NCBI GenBank assembly: GCA_002067795.1
Contig: MVQI01000024.1
Location: forward strand, 1 to 25,156
Direction: 5' to 3'
Source: Methanosaeta sp. PtaB.Bin039
Lineage (GTDB): Archaea; Halobacteriota; Methanosarcinia; Methanotrichales; Methanotrichaceae
DNA length: 25,156 bases
The position numbers were made by a program, and so were the translations under genes. How positions within the stretch are numbered: the stretch's first letter is position 1; each line of letters begins with the position of its first letter. Below, in pieces: positions 16,956 to 24,646 of this stretch. The notes beneath the pieces were generated by a model. The model saw only the letters and a program-made list of their open reading frames with translations. It was not told the origin of the DNA and ran no database searches.

Positions 16956-17819
16956 ATGACAAATTATATTAGAGATTCGTTTGGGGTGAGGCAATTGAGA
17001 AAGTTCGCTGTAGCTATGCTGGCGTGCCTTATGGTTTTATTACTTGCCACTCAGGCATCGGCCAGCCTGGATCAGTTCGCCGGACGCTGGGTCAACGCGG
17101 ACTCAGCCACAAGGGGAGTAACCACACTGGAGATAACCGTATCGGATAGCGATGCAACCGTCCAGGCCTGGGGCAGCTGCGTGCCGACCGACTGCGACTG
17201 GGGAGCGGTGCAGGCCGTGGCCTACGCGCCGGACGTATCTTCGGATATTGCCAGCACCGCCCTGGCCCTGACAGCTGGGTTTGATCCCGGATTTGCAGAG
17301 ACATTGATGGTAATCAGGCCAGACGGCGATCAGCTGTCGGTTCAGACCTTCACAAGGTTCAAGGACAGCAGCGGCCGCAGCAACTACGCTGCCGAGTACA
17401 GCTTCGTCAAAGAGGCGGGCGTTGTGCCCGAAGGACAGACTCCTGAGGGTGGCCTGCCCCCAGAAGGACAGACGCCTGAAGGCGGGCTGCCTGAGGTTGC
17501 CTTGCCAGCCCCAAGGCTGATCTCGCCGGTCGATGGGGTCGTATTCTACCACTACCCCAGGACAACTACATTGGCCTGGGAGCCGGTGGAGGGAGCCGAT
17601 ATCTATGGAGTTGAGATCGACTGCTTCCACTGCTGCCAGTCAGGCCAGTGGTGCACCGATGTCGGAGACACTTATCGGGTAGTGGACTTGCTGAACACAA
17701 CCAGCTACACCTTCGACTTCGTCGGTGCTCAGCCAGGTCGGTGGAGAGCCTGGGCCATCAGCCCGTCTGGAGAGATCGGTGAGAAATCGGCGTGGTGGGG
17801 ATTCGAGTACACCCAGTGA
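16956..17819 (+). CDS. Secreted hypothetical protein with an internal tandem PEGQTPEGGLP repeat
   Basis: A signal peptide is present (MTNYIRDSFGVRQLRKFAVAMLACLMVLLLATQASA|S). The tandem repeat PEGQTPEGGLP-PEGQTPEGGLP separates two Cys-containing domains (CVPTDCDWG; CFHCCQSGQWCTD). The track start at 16905 is also possible. An ATATAAAT TATA-like element lies at 16940..16947. Confidence 0.55.
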   Translation: MTNYIRDSFGVRQLRKFAVAMLACLMVLLLATQASASLDQFAGRWVNADSATRGVTTLEITVSDSDATVQAWGSCVPTDCDWGAVQAVAYAPDVSSDIASTALALTAGFDPGFAETLMVIRPDGDQLSVQTFTRFKDSSGRSNYAAEYSFVKEAGVVPEGQTPEGGLPPEGQTPEGGLPEVALPAPRLISPVDGVVFYHYPRTTTLAWEPVEGADIYGVEIDCFHCCQSGQWCTDVGDTYRVVDLLNTTSYTFDFVGAQPGRWRAWAISPSGEIGEKSAWWGFEYTQ

Positions 17820-17864
17820 CATAGGCAGAGACTAAGGGCTGCTTTTTTTTCCGAAAGAGAATTT

Positions 17865-17885
17865 GGCCGGAAAATTTTTCCGGCC
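17865..17885. terminator. 21-nt perfect palindrome GGCCGGAAAATTTTTCCGGCC, preceded by an oligo-T (T8 at 17843..17850). It is a bidirectional terminator candidate between convergent genes.
   Basis: I read it directly in the gap 17820..17991. Confidence 0.4.
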
Positions 17886-17991
17886 CCATATTTTCCTGTC
17901 GTTTCCCACACAAACCGACTTGGGCGGAGGTGAAGGGCCAATCATCCGGATCGTGCAGGATTGCTTTTCAGATCACGGATTGATTCGGACC

Positions 17992-18651
17992 TTACCAAAC
18001 CTTCAGGTCTATCCCCTCAATCCTCACCATCCGACCCTCGGAGTGCACAACCACTCCGGAATGCACCTTCTGCATCATGCAGTGCTCAGGCAGGAAACGG
18101 ACGGTCTGGCCCACAGACGGGATACTGCCACGGACCACCAGGCCTTCAAATGCTGCCACCATGCAGACGCCAAGGTCGTTGTATTCGGCCTGCTGTCCCA
18201 GCAGGTGCAGCGGGCCTACCATATGAACGGTCAGAATGCCGTGCTCCCATCCAAGCACCCGGGCGAAATGGGTCACCGGACAACCAAGTGGGCGATAGCG
18301 GATAAGGTCGCCTGGGCAAAATGTGAGACTTCGATCGAATGGAAATAGGTCCTCACGACAGGAGGGCTCGCCAGGCAGCGGCCCCAATGAGAAGTCAGCC
18401 AAAAGGCCGTCTATAACTCCCCGAACAGTCTCCTCCGACGCGGCCCTATTGCCGGAGAGGACTTCTCGGATGCCTTCTGCATGTCCTGCAAAGCGCTCCT
18501 GCCCAAGATAGGGACACTGCCCCGTATCGCCGCCACCGCTTGCCAGCAGCTGAGCGAAATTTTGGCAGCTCCTCTGGCCGCACTCTCCGCAGTTGAATCC
18601 GGGAAGCAGCCGCTCCACCTGTTCTGATAGGTTCAAGGCCTTGGTCCTCAC
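17992..18651 (-). CDS. Fe-S protein with an N-terminal RnfB/AcsC-type putative [4Fe-4S] domain (C-x2-C-x4-C...C) and an uncharacterized Cys-containing C-terminal domain
   Basis: The N-terminus [30 protein letters not shown] matches the PF04060-type cluster motif of the RnfB N-terminus and the corrinoid Fe-S protein large subunit. The C-terminal region has further Cys/His ([21 protein letters not shown]). The GTG start overlaps the upstream gene's stop (GTGA). Confidence 0.6.
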   Translation of the reverse strand: MRTKALNLSEQVERLLPGFNCGECGQRSCQNFAQLLASGGGDTGQCPYLGQERFAGHAEGIREVLSGNRAASEETVRGVIDGLLADFSLGPLPGEPSCREDLFPFDRSLTFCPGDLIRYRPLGCPVTHFARVLGWEHGILTVHMVGPLHLLGQQAEYNDLGVCMVAAFEGLVVRGSIPSVGQTVRFLPEHCMMQKVHSGVVVHSEGRMVRIEGIDLKVW

Positions 18652-19346
18652 TCACCGGAGTATTCCATAAATCCGTCCATATGCCTGAGAACACCCCGGT
18701 GATATCGCTTGGAGACTCGCAGCTCGCCGCTGCAAAGAGTGCAGACGGCCAGCGGCGGATTGTGGCGGAGCATCATATTCTCTGCGGCAGGCGGAAGCGC
18801 CCGGATTATCTCTGCCAGATCGCTCCCGCCCTTCCCGGTAAGTCCATTGGCCTCAACTATCCTGCAATGCGGATTGGCCTCGAGCACCCTCTCTCTGAAA
18901 ACCTCGCGCTCGGCCTGCGATACCAGATCGCATTTGGTCGTGACCACCACGTCTGCGGTGGTCAGAAGCGGTCCAACCTTGAGCGGGGTGTTGGGTCCGG
19001 TCGTAACATCGATCACGCAGACGGCCAGGCAGTGGTCGGGATAGGGGGCGCACCTGAGACACAGCCCGGCAGTCTCGTTGAGCAGGACATCTGCATCCTG
19101 CTTCTTTGCCCATTCGAGCATCTCGTCCACGTTATATATGGAGAAGTGATCGGGACACATGTCCCTGGAGAGCGCCACATGTACCGGAATTCCCAGGCGG
19201 CCGATGCGCTTGTCGTCCTCAGTCCACAGGCAGTCCACCTTTACAACTGCTGGCCGGCTGCCGGATCCCTCAAGACACCTGGCCGCATGCATCAGGACCG
19301 ATGTCTTGCCTGATCCGGGGGTGCCAGCTATCACCACAAGCTTCAC
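18648..19346 (-). CDS. G3E-family P-loop GTPase (HypB/UreG/CobW/MeaB-like metallochaperone class) with a C-terminal CxxC motif
   Basis: It has G1 GTPGSGKTS, an E-x-x-G switch II variant LLNETAGL (G3E hallmark) and an NKxD-like TKCDL. The C-terminus carries CTLCSG. The GTG start overlaps the ABC ATPase stop (GTGA). Confidence 0.65.
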   Translation of the reverse strand: MKLVVIAGTPGSGKTSVLMHAARCLEGSGSRPAVVKVDCLWTEDDKRIGRLGIPVHVALSRDMCPDHFSIYNVDEMLEWAKKQDADVLLNETAGLCLRCAPYPDHCLAVCVIDVTTGPNTPLKVGPLLTTADVVVTTKCDLVSQAEREVFRERVLEANPHCRIVEANGLTGKGGSDLAEIIRALPPAAENMMLRHNPPLAVCTLCSGELRVSKRYHRGVLRHMDGFMEYSGE

Positions 19347-20104
19347 AGGGCCGCCTCCGCGGCGCTGACGGTCTCACCCCTGCGAATGGCCTCCCGCAGG
19401 TTGATCAGCCACCGGTCCACACGGCTCAAGCTGTTACAGACCTTTTGCTCCTCCTCGCTTGTCTGGATTACCCGGACCATATTTCCCTTCTTCATGACCA
19501 CACGCCGAGAGGTCATAAGGGCCAGGACCGGATCATGGGTGACCACCACCACGATCTTGCCCTCGCCTGCCAGGAGCTTGAGAGCCTCTTGCTTCTTGAT
19601 CCCGGCATTTTCTATCTCGTCGATGAGGACAATTGGAGAGTCGCTGATAACCGCTATATCGGCTGTCATCAGGGCCCGCGACTGGCCTCCGCTCAGAGCG
19701 GTCAGGTGGTGCTCCGGGTGTATGGGCTCGCCGGTCAGGGTGTTGGCGAGATCTATCACCTTTGCGATCAGGTTCTCCTCCCTACCACGGCTCTTTGCAT
19801 GCATTGCCAGGAAGTCCGAGACCGTCATATCTGCCAGGAAATGCATATTCTGGGAGAGCTGAGCCACAGGCTTTCTGCGCGGATCTGCCCTGACCTCTGC
19901 ATCTGGAGGCTGGCCATCGATGAGCACCTGGCGGCGGGATTCCGTATCTCTTTGGGCAAACTGCTCCAGGTCGGATATCAGCGTGCTCTTCCCTGACCCG
20001 GTTGGCCCAACGATTCCGACGATCTCGCCGCTATCGATATGTAGTGTCTCTATGTGATCCGCACATCCATCTTTGTCCACGCCACCCAGAATTGTAAGCC
20101 TCAA
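19343..20104 (-). CDS. Orphan ABC-type ATPase (single nucleotide-binding domain, no adjacent permease) with a ~45-aa C-terminal extension
   Basis: It has Walker [10 protein letters not shown], signature LSGGQSRAL, Walker B VLIDEIE and H-loop VVTHD. The TTG start lies 6 nt after the cysteate-synthase stop, in the same reading frame as that gene, separated by one TGA. Confidence 0.8.
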   Translation of the reverse strand: MRLTILGGVDKDGCADHIETLHIDSGEIVGIVGPTGSGKSTLISDLEQFAQRDTESRRQVLIDGQPPDAEVRADPRRKPVAQLSQNMHFLADMTVSDFLAMHAKSRGREENLIAKVIDLANTLTGEPIHPEHHLTALSGGQSRALMTADIAVISDSPIVLIDEIENAGIKKQEALKLLAGEGKIVVVVTHDPVLALMTSRRVVMKKGNMVRVIQTSEEEQKVCNSLSRVDRWLINLREAIRRGETVSAAEAAL

Positions 20105-20110
20105 TTTTCG

Positions 20111-21409
20111 TCAACTCCTGATGAACTCCAGTACCTGCTTCTCCAGGTCGTCGGCCGGATGCCCCGGCCTGACCTTCATCTGGCAGGGAAGGATCGACGG
20201 CCCTAGTTCTTCCCAGGACCGCTTGACACCGCCTCCTGTGATGTTTAGGAGGACCATCTCTTCCTTTCTTACCGCCCCATCCTCCATTGCTTTCAGAAGC
20301 GCTGCAACTGCCACTGCTGGCGCCGGGAGGATGTCTATGCCTTCGCTGGACTCAAACAGCTGCCTGGCAGCTTCAGCCTCATCGTTGGCGACCCCCAAAA
20401 CAGCTCCGCTCGTCTCACGCAGGGCCTGCTCAACCCCCCCAGGAATGGCGTAGGGTGGATTTCTGTTGAACAGGACATCGTCATACATCTCATCCGGGCA
20501 GCCAAGCCCTTTCCATATCTCCGATAATCCTGACGGGGACTCGCCGCCAGGACCCGTCCATAGCCTATGAATAGGCGCACATGGCAGGTTTTGGGCCAGA
20601 TGCAGCCTGGGGATATTTGATCCGAAGCGGCCGTCTCCCGCCAGCCGCAATGCCGCCTCCCACGCAGCGATACCGCCGGTGCCGCTGCCCACTGCCTGGA
20701 AGTAATGATCTGGGATCACACCTGCGGTTGCGGCTGCCTCCAGCATCACTGTGCCCATCCCGTCACGCCGGGCGATGTTCCTGGCGCCGCCTTCCGGAAG
20801 GAATCCGGGGCGGCTGGCCAGACGGTCGGCCGCCTGTATGGCGTCAAGATAGTCGCCTTCTACTCCTGCCAGGCAGATCCGCCCGGGCTCCACCGTGGTC
20901 CACAGCCTGTGCAGAGAGGACGTCGGTACAAAAAGGACAACGGGTCGACCGGTCAGCGAGGCGGTCTGGGCGAAGGCCCTGGCTGTATTTCCTGCCGATG
21001 CCACAACCAGTACAGGGGCATTGTGCCCTCCCGGCACTCCGGCGACGGGCCTGGCAGTCTCGGATAGGCGCTGCATCGTGGGAGCTGCTTCCAGCTCCTT
21101 GAAGCTGCCGGTGACCATCGATGCTCCCATCTCTGGCCAAAAACCGGAGAAGCTTATAAAGAGCCTCTGAAGGCCTATCTCCCTGGCCAGTCCCTGGCTC
21201 TGATAGCACACCGATCCGGCGCCAGTTCGCATATCAGGGCTCTTTACCGGAAGCCAGGCAAGATGACGCCATACACCCGGCAGGTCCGCTATCTCCAGCC
21301 GCTTCTGGGAATAGACCGCACGCGGCAGCCCAGGATCCAGCCGACAGCTAGTGGCCAGATCATGGAGGACGGAGCCGCAGCCCTGGCAGCATACCTTGTA
21401 ATCTCCCAT
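20111..21409 (-). CDS. Cysteate synthase-like PLP enzyme (threonine-synthase/TrpB fold-type II family). Given the neighbouring comD/comE and DUF39 genes, it is most likely the Methanosarcinales-type cysteate synthase of CoM biosynthesis.
   Basis: It has the PLP-lysine motif VTGSFKELEA (family pattern T-G-S-F-K-D/E), the glycine-rich PLP phosphate loop VGSGTGGIAAW and an N-terminal Cys cluster CCQGCG. I cannot distinguish it from a true threonine synthase by sequence alone. Confidence 0.65.
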   Translation of the reverse strand: MGDYKVCCQGCGSVLHDLATSCRLDPGLPRAVYSQKRLEIADLPGVWRHLAWLPVKSPDMRTGAGSVCYQSQGLAREIGLQRLFISFSGFWPEMGASMVTGSFKELEAAPTMQRLSETARPVAGVPGGHNAPVLVVASAGNTARAFAQTASLTGRPVVLFVPTSSLHRLWTTVEPGRICLAGVEGDYLDAIQAADRLASRPGFLPEGGARNIARRDGMGTVMLEAAATAGVIPDHYFQAVGSGTGGIAAWEAALRLAGDGRFGSNIPRLHLAQNLPCAPIHRLWTGPGGESPSGLSEIWKGLGCPDEMYDDVLFNRNPPYAIPGGVEQALRETSGAVLGVANDEAEAARQLFESSEGIDILPAPAVAVAALLKAMEDGAVRKEEMVLLNITGGGVKRSWEELGPSILPCQMKVRPGHPADDLEKQVLEFIRS

Positions 21410-21669
21410 GATACACAGACCTCTCTCGCGGGGGCATATAATGTTTTCTGTTTATATCGATTTTTTATCCTTATTGGGAATATTGACAAATATAAGTTTC
21501 CTTTAATGGATACATTCCGGCCGAAAACATGCCAATTGGACCCGGCGGCAGGGGATGGATGAGTGCCCTTCAGAGCAGTAGCAGCATGCTGGAATGGCCC
21601 TTCTAATTCCCGCGGTTATCAGCATTGGATTCCAAAAGTACAAATATCATAAAATCGTAACCCAATAGT
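21410..21669. promoter_or_regulatory. Divergent AT-rich promoter region between the cysteate-synthase operon and the HTH regulator. TATA-like elements lie about 25-30 nt from each start codon, which suggests leaderless or short-leader transcripts.
   Basis: On the minus strand, CATTATAT lies about 30 nt upstream of ATG 21409. On the plus strand, AAATATCATAAAAT lies about 25 nt upstream of ATG 21670. Confidence 0.4.
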
Positions 21670-22188
21670 ATGCCACATACCGACCGGGTGATGAGAGCGG
21701 CCTTCCAGTCAGACGAGGCTTTGCGGGAGGCCATGAAGGCCGTCCTCGGCGAACTGGGCATGAGCGCGCGGGAGTTCTCCAAGCATTCTGGAATACCCCA
21801 GAGCACACTTTACAAGATCTTATCAGGCCATCGGGAGCCGAACATAACCACGCTTCGCCAGATCGTCCGAACAATCAGGCAGCTCGAGGGATCTGACGCC
21901 AAGTTCATAGCCATCATAGCTGCGAGGCCGGTTCTGGACAAGATCGAGGAGAAGAAGATGCGCATCGGCGACCGGATGATGACACTCCGAGAGTACTCGG
22001 CAACCAACATCGAGGAGGCCATTATCGCTGCAGTGCGAGCCGAGGCCGACGGAGCCGCAGCCCTGGTCTGTGCCCCAATCGTCAGCCCAACCGTAGAGAA
22101 GCTGCTATCCATCCCGGTAGCAACAATAATTCCCAGGGAGAGCGTCCTTCGGGCCATCGAGGTGGCTGCGAGAAAGGCGGAGGAATGA
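21670..22188 (+). CDS. HTH (XRE-like) transcriptional regulator with a C-terminal uncharacterized (possibly ligand-binding) domain
   Basis: GMSAREFSKHSGIPQSTLYKILSGHREPNITTLRQIV is a canonical helix-turn-helix. About 100 aa of Ala/Ile-rich alpha/beta domain follows it. The gene is divergent from the cysteate-synthase operon. Confidence 0.7.
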   Translation: MPHTDRVMRAAFQSDEALREAMKAVLGELGMSAREFSKHSGIPQSTLYKILSGHREPNITTLRQIVRTIRQLEGSDAKFIAIIAARPVLDKIEEKKMRIGDRMMTLREYSATNIEEAIIAAVRAEADGAAALVCAPIVSPTVEKLLSIPVATIIPRESVLRAIEVAARKAEE

Positions 22189-22296
22189 TGGGCAGCCCAA
22201 GCGACAGCAGTCGGCAAAGATCCATCAAGGACATTAATCATCTCCGTGGCCGCACTTCGAAAGGCTTTTATCGGCACCCGCATGAGAATTAGGCCC

Positions 22297-22710
22297 ATGA
22301 GAAAAATGGCCGGCCTGACGATTTCATCGGGTTTCCTCATGGTATGCCTGACGCTGATCTCGATTGCCGCGCCCTATATCCCAAACCACGATGCACCAGA
22401 CGATCGCTTCCAGAGCGTGAGCGGCAGCTTCGCCAGGCAGTGGCTTTTGGACAACATGGAGAGAAAGCCGGCCACGATCTCCATGCTCTTCAACCAGACC
22501 GCCCAGAACAACTCCAGCCGAGAGGGCGACCTCAAGATGGACCTGTGGAGCTGGGGAAATATCCCCAAAGGAAAGATCCTGCAGGACGGAAAGCTGTTGA
22601 ATGCCAAGAACGCCACATATCGGATCAACAGCTCTGAGTGGCTAGGAGGCATCTGGGATTACCCGCAAAACGCAGATAAGAACACTTGGCGTCCATCTTT
22701 GCAGGGGTAG
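22297..22710 (+). CDS. Hypothetical small membrane-anchored/secreted protein
   Basis: It has an N-terminal hydrophobic anchor (MRKMAGLTISSGFLMVCLTLISIAAPY) and protein-like composition. The track ORF starts at an upstream GTG at 22246. It has no recognizable domain. Confidence 0.35.
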   Translation: MRKMAGLTISSGFLMVCLTLISIAAPYIPNHDAPDDRFQSVSGSFARQWLLDNMERKPATISMLFNQTAQNNSSREGDLKMDLWSWGNIPKGKILQDGKLLNAKNATYRINSSEWLGGIWDYPQNADKNTWRPSLQG

Positions 22711-23001
22711 TCATGGTCAGTAATCGAGGTCCGACCTCTCCTGTGCCGTTTGAATATCCAGCCCGGGGTCTGCATATTCTCGTTTCGGCCCTGCACGCGG
22801 CAGCGGACGGCAGAGCGGCCAGAACTATCGCCACCGACCTTGACGGTGCCTTGTCCCTGTATCCATGATGCTTGCATCACATTTGCCAGCTGAAAGAGGA
22901 TGAAAGGTCGATTGGATTTGGCGGTCTTCCATCTATCATCGATTTGCAGATCACTCCAGTCCAGCCAATAGGCGATCTTCAATTTCCAGGAATAGGATAT
23001 C

Positions 23002-23310
23002 ATGTCCATCAATCAGTGGGATGTAGTTGGCGCAGCAGCCGGGATGCTGACGATGTTCGGCTTTTTCCCGCAGATCCTCAAGATGTACAAGACCAAATCG
23101 GTGGCAGATGTGAGCATCACAATGATGGTCCAGTACAGCCTGGGAATCTTCCTGTGGCTCCTTTACGGCCTCTCTCTTGCAAATCCCATCCTCATCATAT
23201 CAAACGGGGTCTCTCTCTTCAGCTTTATTGTGGGAATCGCCCTCTACCTCAGGTACAGGAGAGTCAATTCAGACCAAGGCCGGCCTGGGAAGCGGGCTGT
23301 CCGCGTCTAA
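23002..23310 (+). CDS. SemiSWEET / PQ-loop (MtN3-like) small transporter
   Basis: It is about 100 aa with three predicted TM helices. The PQ-loop motif FFPQILKMYKTKS in TM1 is followed by a conserved W..YG (LWLLYGLSL). T-rich tracts lie downstream (23370..23400). Confidence 0.7.
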   Translation: MSINQWDVVGAAAGMLTMFGFFPQILKMYKTKSVADVSITMMVQYSLGIFLWLLYGLSLANPILIISNGVSLFSFIVGIALYLRYRRVNSDQGRPGKRAVRV

Positions 23311-23505
23311 TTGCGGCAGGGGGGCAGGAGATAATGCCGATTTGCTGGCGACAGCTAAAGCTTCTTTTTTGCTTCTTTGCGGCAACTTTTCCGAAAAAAG
23401 CCTCGAGGGCTGCCGTGAATGCAGGACTTTTTAGATATCGTCGCTCGGCCAAGTGCCCGAGCCCTTCTGGAGAAAGATATTCAAGTCTTCAAGGCCAATA
23501 ATTAA

Positions 23506-24006
23506 ATGATGACGGGATCGGCTCAGCCTGGAGCAGACATCGAGGAGGTAGCCAAACAGATATTGCAGAGGCTAGAAGGGCTGTTATCCGCCCTTGATGA
23601 GGCTGCAAAGGCGAACTTAGCCCAAGGGCAATTCACGCTTGAAGGAAGAACTGTTGAGATCCGCCGGTCGGAATCCCTGGATGCGTCTGTGGCCTGCTTT
23701 TGGAAGGCCGAGGATTGCCTGGATCTGATGGAGGAGGTGGCCCAGTGCCTGGGATTCGGACTTGAAGCGATGGATGACTTCAGGATCAAGCTGCCTGAGG
23801 TGGAGTTCGAGCCTGATCTGGTGACGGGTTCCTTTGAGTCCTGGCGCGGCATCTCGGTCAAGCGCTGCAATCCGGTGGAGGAGCTGCTCTCGATCCTGGG
23901 CAAGAAGATGAGCCGCAGAGGAATAGAGCTGGGATGCCTGGACATATCCGGCGAGACCTACCTCGTCTTCTCTGTTCCGCGGTATCGGCGGCAAAGAGGG
24001 CCATGA
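23506..24006 (+). CDS. Hypothetical protein
   Basis: It is a 166-aa ORF with protein-like composition and an ATG start. It lies 5 nt upstream of the next gene. I recognized no motifs. Confidence 0.45.
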   Translation: MMTGSAQPGADIEEVAKQILQRLEGLLSALDEAAKANLAQGQFTLEGRTVEIRRSESLDASVACFWKAEDCLDLMEEVAQCLGFGLEAMDDFRIKLPEVEFEPDLVTGSFESWRGISVKRCNPVEELLSILGKKMSRRGIELGCLDISGETYLVFSVPRYRRQRGP

Positions 24007-24010
24007 ATAC

Positions 24011-24646
24011 ATGAGCCTGTTGTACAACTCAGCCCTGATAGGCATCTACTTCATGGCATTTGCCATGCTTCACAGCACTTTGGCAGGCAGCTGGGCAAAG
24101 GAGTATGCAAGACGAAGATGGTCGCTTTTTGGCAGAAGATACCGCATCCTGTACAACCTGGCGGCTGTGGCAACCGCCATTCCCTTGGTCATGGTGCTGC
24201 TCTTCTTGGAGGACAGAATCCTTTACCTGGCAAGACCACCCTGGCTGTACCTGGCACTGGCAATCCAGGCTGGAGCTATGCTGAGCATGGCCTATAGCCT
24301 GAAGCAGATGGGCGCAAGCCAGTTCCTGGGCCTAGCCGAGGAGGCTGCAGGGGAGGGGCTGGTGGTCAGAGGTTTGTTTTGCCGAGTTAGAAATCCGCTA
24401 TTTCTCTTCGCCACGATCCTGATCTGGGCCACGCCGGTCATGACCTGGAACCTGCTGACCATGAACCTGCTGATAACAGCTTACTTCTACCTGGGATCGG
24501 TCCTCGAGGAGAGGAGGCTCTCTGTGCAGCTTGGTGGGGATTACCAGGATTATCGCCGCTCTGTTCCCCGCTTCATACCCAGGCCTGGCAGATGCTACCG
24601 TCAAGACGCCCACTTTCCGTCAAGCAGGGGGCCGTCCAGACGGTGA
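24011..24646 (+). CDS. Isoprenylcysteine carboxyl methyltransferase (ICMT)/phospholipid methyltransferase-family integral membrane methyltransferase
   Basis: It has multiple TM helices. The C-terminal signature RNPLF...EERRL...GGDYQDYRRSVPRFIP matches the ICMT/PEMT SAM-binding region (RHPxY...EE..L...FG..Y..Y...V.R.IP). Confidence 0.75.
   Translation: MSLLYNSALIGIYFMAFAMLHSTLAGSWAKEYARRRWSLFGRRYRILYNLAAVATAIPLVMVLLFLEDRILYLARPPWLYLALAIQAGAMLSMAYSLKQMGASQFLGLAEEAAGEGLVVRGLFCRVRNPLFLFATILIWATPVMTWNLLTMNLLITAYFYLGSVLEERRLSVQLGGDYQDYRRSVPRFIPRPGRCYRQDAHFPSSRGPSRR

Noticed and set aside
20111-20113. Possible selenocysteine (TGA) read-through joining cysteate synthase to the ABC ATPase
   Set aside because: Methanosarcinales/Methanothrix are not known to encode the Sec machinery, and no SECIS-like hairpin is evident. 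A TTG start with a 6-nt spacer is the simpler explanation. The collinearity is kept as a low-interest finding.
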